Part shown: positions 36,446 to 44,634 of the stretch, piece by piece
Position numbering within the stretch: the first letter of the stretch is position 1
How the letters are laid out: each line of letters starts with the position of its first letter
Assembly (NCBI RefSeq): GCF_001194135.2
Contig: NC_068990.1
Span: forward strand, 43,108,326 to 43,152,959
Source: Octopus bimaculoides
Taxonomy: Eukaryota
DNA length: 44,634 nt
Reading direction: 5' to 3'
Notes under the pieces: model-generated
What the model saw: the letters and a program-made list of their open reading frames with translations, nothing else
Databases searched by the model: none
Told to the model about the DNA's origin: nothing
Position numbers and translations under genes: made by a program

Positions 36446-37409
36446 TATTGATTTTCAACCAGGGTCCATATGACACTTTAGGGTCCACAGAAGACCTGGC
36501 AAGCCAAATGAGACCCTAATCCATGGCCTCTGCCAGAGGTGTAGCCAGCCCACTTATTTGTACCTTTACTTCATTGGACACTAAACTCTGCTTGCGAAGA
36601 CCTGTTGAGACAAGTGAAATCGAAATTGTAACTGAACCAAATTCGATGACTGGCACCTGCGCCAGTGGAGCACTAAGAGCATTGTCCGAGCGTGATCATT
36701 GCGAGAGCAGCTGTCTGGCTTCCATGCCGGTGGCACGTAAAAAGCACCATTTGAGCATGATCGTTACCAGCGTCGCCTTACTGGCACGTGAAAAAACATT
36801 CGAGCGAGGTCATTGCCAGTGCTGCTGGACCGGCTCCTTTGCAGGTGGCATGTAAAAAACACCATTTGAGCATGGCCGTTGCCAGTACCACCAGACTGGC
36901 CCCCGTGCCGATGGCACGTAAAAGCACCCACTACACTCTTGGAGTGGCTGGCGTTAGGAAGGGCATTCAGCTGTAGAAACAGATCAGATTGGTGCCTGGT
37001 GCAGCCATCTGGTTCACCAGTCCTCAGTCAAATCGTCCAACCCATGCTAGCATGGAAAGTGGACGTTAAACAATGATGGTGACGATGATGATGACACTTT
37101 AAGGTCCATATAAGATTTAGGGGGACATGTAAACAAAATAGTAAATTGGAGATCCATGTTGGTACTTTGAGGGCTCAGTCTGTGAAGAGATGTTGCTTTA
37201 GATATATTTATAGCAAGAAACAGCTAAGTTTCTATTTCTAATGTTTTATATAGTTCAAACTACACAAGTGAATATGTGAAAAGTAAAATGAGAATTTTGA
37301 AAGAAGTGTCTATAAAACTAGTTTTTAAACATCGAATGGTTATGGGAGTTCTCCACAATAAAATAGTAATCAAAAGGGTCCATTAGTAAAAAATGATTGA
37401 AAAACACTG
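36446..37409. mobile_element. hAT-type MITE with 8-bp TSD, interrupted by an RTE insertion
   Basis: TSD ATTTAGAG at 36438-36445 and 37410-37417. Right TIR gattgaaaaacactg; degenerate left TIR tattgattttcaacc. Confidence 0.8.
36488..37090 (+). mobile_element. RTE 3' UTR insertion with 18-bp TSD
   Basis: atgacactttagggtcca (36470-36487) and atgacactttaaggtcca (37091-37108) flank an RTE 3' UTR and tail. Confidence 0.9.
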
Positions 37410-37510
37410 ATTTAGAGAATGGACTATCCTTGGAATGTAACTGTTCTAATTACAGCTTGAAAATGTGATGGACACTTAATTTTGAAATTCCAGTCTCATG
37501 ATACTCTCTT

Positions 37511-37743
37511 ATTTCTTTATTGCCCACAATGGGCTACACACAGAGGGGACAAACAAGGACAGACAAACGGATTAAGTCGATTACATCGACCCCAGTGCAT
37601 TACTGGTACTTAATTTATCGACCCCGAAAGGATGAAAGGCTAAGTCGACCTCGGCGGAATTTGAACTCAGAACGTAGTGGCAGACGAAATACCGCTAAGC
37701 ATTTTGCCCGGCGTGCTAACATCTCTGCCAGCTCGACGCCTTT
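37511..37743 (-). mobile_element. Young tRNA-derived SINE with 15-bp TSD
   Basis: TSD tcatgatactctctt at 37496-37510 and 37744-37758; CpG-rich body; B-box gagttcaaattcc. Confidence 0.9.
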
Positions 37744-38335
37744 TCATGATACTCTCTTGACACAGATTTTCTTGAACTCTTTTAATATGTTTCTAGTACT
37801 ATTTCTTGATTTGTGAGACTCAACAATGTCCCTAGTTTCCTGGTAAATTTCTAGTGAACTTTCTGAGCTGTTTCTCCAAATTTATTTTTAACTCAAGTGA
37901 TGTTAAATCACTAAGAATTTGTGGCATAGATCAACACAAAAGGAACTAGAGAAAGGGGGACATTCATGGCAGCGTATAAATACAGAAACGAAAAATTATG
38001 CAACATGGAATTCAATTTTAAGTGGCCTATACTCCACGTTGGAGGGTTAAAGGCAAGAAGAAAGAAGAAGATGGTAAATCATGTAGGTGGATCTGGTTGA
38101 AACTCCCTTCTAAAATGTCTTTGCACTTCAACTGCATTTTCAAAATCCATGAAACACTTTAGGATAAATTTTCTCTGTTGAAAGCTTAGTGTGGCTCCTT
38201 TCATTATTTCTTATGGGTTAAATCTAAAAAGAAATATAAATTGAGTGACCAAGCTGTTAAAGTGTGTATACATTCTTTTGAGACACCCTGTATAAATGTA
38301 AGTATAATGTATGTGCATTTGTAAATATATAAATA

Positions 38336-38498
<163 letters not shown>

Positions 38499-39072
38499 GA
38501 AAATATATAGAAATACATGTCTACAACTGTTTTCTTATCTCCAGATAATGCTGTTGGTCAATACTCAATGAATGCCTCTACATTGGGTCTATTCCCACCT
38601 AAAGCTATATGAATAGTCAAAAAGCAATATTGTTACTTATGCTGGCTATTGTGGTGCTAAAGTTATCTAATTAAATCTCAATTTAATACACCACTTTATA
38701 ATTATCGCAAATACATTTCCACAAAACAATTTCAGCTGCCTTGAAGAGTTTGGTCAAAGCTACTGCCTTTCGTTTTCTGACTAAATATTCTATCAACAAC
38801 AAAAGAAAAGAAAGAAAGAACCCGCTTTTTTATTAATTAATTGAAATCATGAAATCTAGCTATTTATTGATTGTCTTGCAAGTCAGACAATGAATATATT
38901 ACAACTGGATTAAATAATTGCCAGCAACTAGTTTTCTCAAACCTGATAGGAATCTCTACTCAGTCGCTCAGCCTGCTAGAAATTGCAACCAAATCTCCTT
39001 AAAATCACCCTTTTCCATCTTAAAAGAAAAAGGTATGAAGGTTACATTGATTATATAGTCCTACATACATTA

Positions 39073-39427
39073 AAAGGGTAAAGAGTAAAGACTCCCTTCA
39101 GTCATGAATGACCATGGGATTGCACCTAGAAAATTTCCCTTCATAGCACGTGTCTGGGTGCTGTTGTTTATGGAAGACCAACAGTCACCCTTGCATACCA
39201 GCCTCCCCTCTTCACACCACTGATGTTATCCAAGAGAAAGGCAAAGGCCGATACGGCTTGGCACCTGTGACGTCGCAACTCATTTCTACAGCTGAATGAA
39301 CTGGAGCAACATAAAATAAAGTGTCTTGCTCAAGAACACAATACACAGTCCAATCCAAGAATTGAACTTACTATTTCATGATTGTGAGCTCGATGCTCTA
39401 ACCACTGAGCCATGCACCTTCACTGTG
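39073..39427 (-). mobile_element. tRNA-derived SINE with 13-bp TSD
   Basis: TSD cctacatacatta at 39060-39072 and 39428-39440; head gtgaaggtgcatggctcagtggttagag. Confidence 0.9.
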
Positions 39428-39864
39428 CCTACATACATTATACTTACAATAGAATGAAAATGTTTGGTTTGATACAGCTGGTGTAACAAGAATCATGGGT
39501 TTATTGGATCGAGGTTGATTTTGAGATAAACTACTGCATCACAGACTCAATTCATTAGATGCCTTCCCTACATACCCCCAACCTTTTATGATATTAGGCA
39601 GGAGACAGAAACAGTACCCATAATCTTTACAGATCCTCCAAAACTTTTGTCAGATGAAGGTGGTTCATCTTCAGTTTCAACACTTGAAATTTGATGTTTA
39701 TTTCTTGAAAGGAAATTGCAGTGCATTGATATGTTACATAAGAAAGAATGGAAAAAGTACTACTGTCTTTGATAATGTATAAGACACTTTTTTTCCCCCC
39801 AAAGCAAATATTTCAACAGGATCACTTTAAACTAAACCTTGGGAGAGGCATTATGCCTTGGGAG

Positions 39865-40249
39865 AGGATAACATTTTCAACAGCCTCTGAAAGAAGTATG
39901 TTTGGGTGCTGTGCCAAATGCAAAACAGTTCTTCACCTGCATCCAAATGTCAATGGCTTCCAGCCATGAATCAGTCCTAATCAAGTAGACCCAAAGTGTC
40001 CAGCCATGACCATCCCATCTTTTTAGGGTTATCTATGATTGTATTATCTAATGTTTCCATGTATTTTTTTTTTATGTATGCTGCTGTACCTAGGTGAGGT
40101 GACCACATAGTAACTCCTTTGTAAGATCAACTCAATTTATTTCATTACATTGGTAAGCATCTTCCTCTCCAGTGAAACTTTGATAAAAGAGCAATGTTTT
40201 GCAGAACTGTCTTTTATTCCAACTTATTTCTAATTGCATCATTCTGACT
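39865..40249. repeat. Direct duplication, copy 1 (copy 2 at 43092-43480)
   Basis: Colinear; about 18 substitutions and 1 indel in the first 215 nt, 2 substitutions in the last 170 nt. Confidence 0.95.
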
Positions 40250-40284
40250 GTCACCACTTTTATAGAAAAAGATCACCCCATGTT

Positions 40285-40548
40285 CATCATCATAATCATC
40301 ATCGTCATTCAATGTCCGTCTCCCACGATGGATTGAATAGTTTGACATGGAGCTAGCCAGCTGGGGAGCTGTCCAGACTCCAATTGTCTGTTGTGACATA
40401 AATTCTATGGCTGGACACCCTTCCTAGCACCAACCACCTAACAGAGTGTGCTGGGTGCTTTTTACATGCCACCAGCAGGGGTCCACTTACACAACACTGG
40501 CCCATTTATGCTGCACCAGCACAAGTGCTTTTTATGTGGTACTGGCAC
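40285..40548 (-). mobile_element. RTE 3' tail/UTR fragment
   Basis: (CAT)n then ttcaatgtccgtc ... ggacacccttcctagcaccaacc ... gtgctttttacatgcc. Confidence 0.75.
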
Positions 40549-41457
40549 CTTACAGGACAAACCTATATGTATGGAAGACAGTAGTTTTACTTAGCTTGAT
40601 ATGAATTTTCAAGGTACTAAAAACTTCTTTACTGAATATGCGCTACTGAAATTGGAGTGCATTTAATATGGCTATGCATCATTTATGCCTTCAAATATAG
40701 TGGTTATTCTGGAGTCTAAGAGAATGAGACATAATGGGTAACAAAACAAAGTGATACAGACAGATAGACAGATTTGGGTGGAGTTGAAATGCAACTAACT
40801 CTGGGTATCAGAGACCATTGTCACAGAAGTAGAAGAGACAGACTAAAGAGATATTGCATCTGAAAACTAGCCCTCTGACCAGTAAAGAAATACAAAGTGC
40901 TGGTTCTTTAGTAGGTGGGCCCAGAGCTGTTTTAAGATATTAACTCACTTGGTAGTTGCCCAGGGGCCTCATGGGTCTTGGGGCTTAATTCTGATCTATG
41001 TACAATGCAACTTGCTGCCAATAAATGAATGTTATAGGGCCCAGTGCACTGATTTACCCAAGGCTTGTAATGTTGCTTGTATCTTAGATTCAAGAGGGCA
41101 AAAGTACAACTTTCAAATATCTTCCATTAACAAGAAGAATAAACTTTTGAGTGAAGTTGTAGAAAGGACACAAAATTATTGGATTGGGTAGAAATTGGAT
41201 AGCTATTGACTGTTACTTACAGGTTTTCCTGGAATCTAATTAAAACGAATTGGTATTCTCCAATTTAATGATATATGAAGGCAACTTGTATGTCTGCAGT
41301 ATAAAATCAAAGTGTCGTGGAGCAATAAACTTGTTCCATTTACGCTGCTAAGTACCAAAACATTATAAAATTATGTCTTATATTGCTGAGTTAATAAGGC
41401 TTACAAATACTTTTTAAGACCAGAACTCTGGCACCAGTTTGGAACTAACAATATTTG

Positions 41458-41520
<63 letters not shown>
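41458..41520. repeat. (CAT)21 microsatellite
   Basis: Direct reading. Confidence 0.95.
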
Positions 41521-41521
<1 letters not shown>

Positions 41522-42004
41522 TCCATCATTATTATTACCATTCTTTCCCCCCTCCTCCTATTCTACCTTATCATCATCATCAGTTTGCTATCATCCTCAT
41601 CACCAGCACATACTAAATATTAGCAGCAGCAGCAGCAGCAGCATTTTCAGTATCTAAGCTGTTTTAGCATCCGTTTGGTACAGTTCAACACAATTCTACA
41701 ATTACCCAATCAAAGCAGACATCTATCAAATCACCAGCACAAATTATCAAGCCCTTTTTCATATCTAAAAACCACATTATCTATTCATGTACATGGTGAT
41801 ATATCTAAGAACCCTTCTGTTACCATATTTCTGTTGAAATATACTGTCTTTGTTTCAATTAATTTTGGAAATTACAAAGACTTTAGCGAAATAAATATTG
41901 CCATTATTCAGCTGGTGTTTGGAACATAAATTAGCATGAAATTCGGATGCAAGGTTTTAATGTAGTTCTCTATAAAACAAGGTGTTTGTATCACAGAAGT
42001 GAAG

Positions 42005-42165
42005 GCACATGGCTCAGTGGTTAGAGTGTTGGGCTCACAATCATGAGGTAGGGAGTTCAATTCCCAGACAGGGTGGTGTATTACTTTCTTGTTCAAAACA
42101 CGTTATTTCATGTTGCTCCAGTTCACTCAGTTGTAAAAATGAGTTGCGACATCATTGATGCCAGG
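42005..42165 (+). mobile_element. tRNA-derived SINE 5' part
   Basis: A box TGGCTCAGTGG and B box GTTCAATTCC followed by the SINE body (gttgctccagttcactcag). Confidence 0.8.
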
Positions 42166-42289
42166 AGGAGGAGGAGATTTTTTTCTTTGGCTGTGTTAAG
42201 ATTGTATTATTGGTTGCAGTATTGCTTAGCAAAAGTTCACTCATGATTGAGAAGCAAATAAATCTATGATCTAGAACAATCTAGCAGTG

Positions 42290-42515
42290 ACCATCGTCAT
42301 CCTCCTCCTCATCATCGTCATTTTATATCTGCTTTCCATACTGGTATGCGTTGGATGGATCATGGCAATCCAGGTTCTTATCTGGAGTTACTGCCCTCCT
42401 GCCTGGTTTGGAAGACCACATCTCACTCAAATGTTTCACTCTAGCTTGGCTTCTACCACAGAATATTCATCCTATCGTCAACCACTAGACAGAGCTTGTG
42501 CGTGCATTTATCATA
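42290..42515 (-). mobile_element. Decayed RTE tail
   Basis: catcatcgtc ... tttccatactggtatgcgttggatgg. Confidence 0.5.
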
Positions 42516-43091
42516 GCACCAGCACCAGAGGGATTATTTTATCTGCAACAAGACTAAAGTGTCCTCCTGACTTTACATAGTCTCTGCACATTTACCAACC
42601 AATAAACCTAAAGTACTGGACTTGCTGATTAAATGATTGAAAACAAATCACAACAGCTATGGGGTGACTTCATTCTGAAAGTGATGGCAATGGAGTCAAA
42701 AGCAACTACATCATCCATATCTGGAATTAGATATTCAAAAGAATTCAAACTTTGATTTCAAGTTCCCACATATCAGTACCTTGGTTCTTAAAATCCAAAA
42801 TTTTATTGAGATCCCTGTTGTTGTTCTTTAACCCCAGATCAATAGATTAACACCCAAGTTCAAGCAAACTGCTGTAGTAGCCAAAATGCATCGGGAGGCA
42901 ATGATGCTGTTGCTAGGCGAATTCAATTGTAATTTAGTAGCTGCTGCTCATCATGGTCAAATCACAGCCTATTTAGTCTCTCATGAGCTGAATTTCCTTG
43001 GCATTGACTGGATCAAATGCCTACAGCTCTCAGACATGCCATTTAACCAGCTGTGTATATTTATACAGATATCAAAATGCATTAAAACCTA

Positions 43092-43480
43092 AGGATAACA
43101 TTTTCAACAGCCTCTGAAAGAAGTATGTTTGGGTACTACGCCAAATGCTAAACAGTTCTTCGCTTGCATCCAAATGTCAACGGTTTCCAGCCATAAATCA
43201 GCCCTAATCAAGTAGACCAATAGTGTCTAGCCATGACCATCCCATCTTTTTAGGGTTATCTATGAGCATATTATCTAATGTTTGCATGTATTTTTTAATT
43301 TTTTATGTAGGCTGCTGTACCTAGGTGAGGTGACCACATAGTAACTCCTTCGTAAGATCAACTCAATTTATTTCATTACATTGGTAAGCATCTTCCTCTC
43401 CAGTGAAACTTTGATAAAAGAGCAATGTTTTGCAGAACTGTCTTTTATTTCAACTTATTTCTAATTGCATCATTCTGACT
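43092..43480. repeat. Direct duplication, copy 2 (copy 1 at 39865-40249)
   Basis: See copy 1. Confidence 0.95.
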
Positions 43481-44634
43481 TTTATAGTAGTAACCAGGTT
43501 TATTTAATAACAGAAGTGGAAATATGCTGTTTATAGCTGAAACAGATTCTAGCCTAGCACATTTCTCTCTTGATATCAATGAGTTCTGAAAATGGGTGTC
43601 TGATCTATTAACCTCTACTTCTTCAATGTACAAGTATATATGATTTTACTCAATGCAGAAAGAAAGAAAGAAAGAAAGAAAGAAAAAGACATAAATCATT
43701 GCGTCCACGTATGCCATACACTGCTGGTATGTAAAAGTATGTACACCCTCATCAATGATTTCTCTATTGTTACTACAGAAAGAATTGCCATATGAACAAA
43801 ATTCTAATATAACGGTCTTGACATGATGGGTCAAAAGTAGATGTGGATAAATTTATGACATTATTTAATGGTCAGTAACTACATGATATATCTGAAAGAG
43901 ATTTCTGTCAACTGTCTGGAAAAAAATATTTCCACTTAGGGCAATGAATAGAAAAGGATAACTGGTTATTTTTGTTTGTCTAGTTAGGATTAGCTTCAAT
44001 ATTTATGACATTTTTAGTCTCTCATAGAATATTTGTTTGTTTGTTCATTCATTCATTTAGGGTATGTTTAAAAATATATATTAGCAACAGAGGCAGTATT
44101 AATATTGTGAGATAATATTTATCCCCACTTAAATGTAGATGTTCTGTTCGAACAAATTATACTGTGGTAGTTACCATCAGAGAAACTTTCAAATTGGTTT
44201 TTGATGCAAAATACACACTTGTTTATACCTCTTGTGGAGATATAAATCCCAGCCATCTCCGGTGCTGAGGCCACGAGATCACGTAATTTCGCCTTCCTTA
44301 GTTTCATCAATGATGAATGCTCAACTGCTAGAGATAGCAGTGACTCATCTCCCCACCACCAATATATAGAAAAACAGAGCCAGAATAGGTGAGATCAAGG
44401 AAGCTCAAAATCATTTGATCTATTAGTCTCAGGGCTGAAGGTGGTCGGGATTTATCTCCCCACTAGTGATAAGAACAAGAGTGCATTTTGTACCAAAAGC
44501 CAATATGAGAGTTTCTCTCATAGTACCTACTGCAGAATAGTTTGTTCTAACAGAATATGTACTTTTAAGCAGGGATAAATATCACCTCTTAAAGTCTGTT
44601 GTTTTTTTAGGTTTTCTTTTTTTTTTTTTTTTTT

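Noticed and set aside
38262-38292. Tc1-like terminus (minus TACAGGGTGTCTCAAAAG)
   Set aside because: No partner TIR or transposase sequence found in the window
41221-41235. 15-nt minus microexon (attag|ATTCCAGGAAAACCT|gtaagt)
   Set aside because: Signals this short occur by chance; no supporting context
42005-42075. tRNA gene
   Set aside because: A/B boxes are present but no complete cloverleaf; it continues into the SINE body. The same applies to the other SINE heads
42886-43092. LLLGEFNCNL resembling the LINE endonuclease GDFN motif
   Set aside because: Single weak motif with no other AP-endonuclease motifs nearby

Overview
AT-rich, repeat-dense eukaryotic DNA with four assembly gaps (804-1333, 25429-25750, 29369-30352, 35082-35799). 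The SINE and RTE families look like those I recognise from octopus, so a cephalopod source is likely; this is recognition from memory, not a database result. I find no intact protein-coding gene, no true tRNA or rRNA gene and no CRISPR array. The long ORFs in the track are N-gap or microsatellite artefacts. The window is mostly a transposon graveyard. It holds RTE LINEs (one 2.2 kb RT-bearing copy plus many 3' fragments), an L1/Tx1-type LINE lacking its RT core, a full-length decayed mariner with TIRs and TA TSD, a rearranged Helitron (PIF1 helicase), a Merlin/IS1595-like transposase fragment and a hAT transposase fossil. It also holds hAT-type and possibly piggyBac-type MITEs, several tRNA-derived SINE families and many microsatellites. 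The most notable structures are a direct-plus-inverted 0.9 kb repeat (3395-4303), a Helitron fold-back with three copies of one helicase motif, an RTE nested in a MITE with both TSDs readable, and a 385-bp duplication with a nearly invariant 170-bp block. A possible minus-strand spliced exon chain lies at 12187-7550. Nothing here amounts to a demonstrated new biological system.
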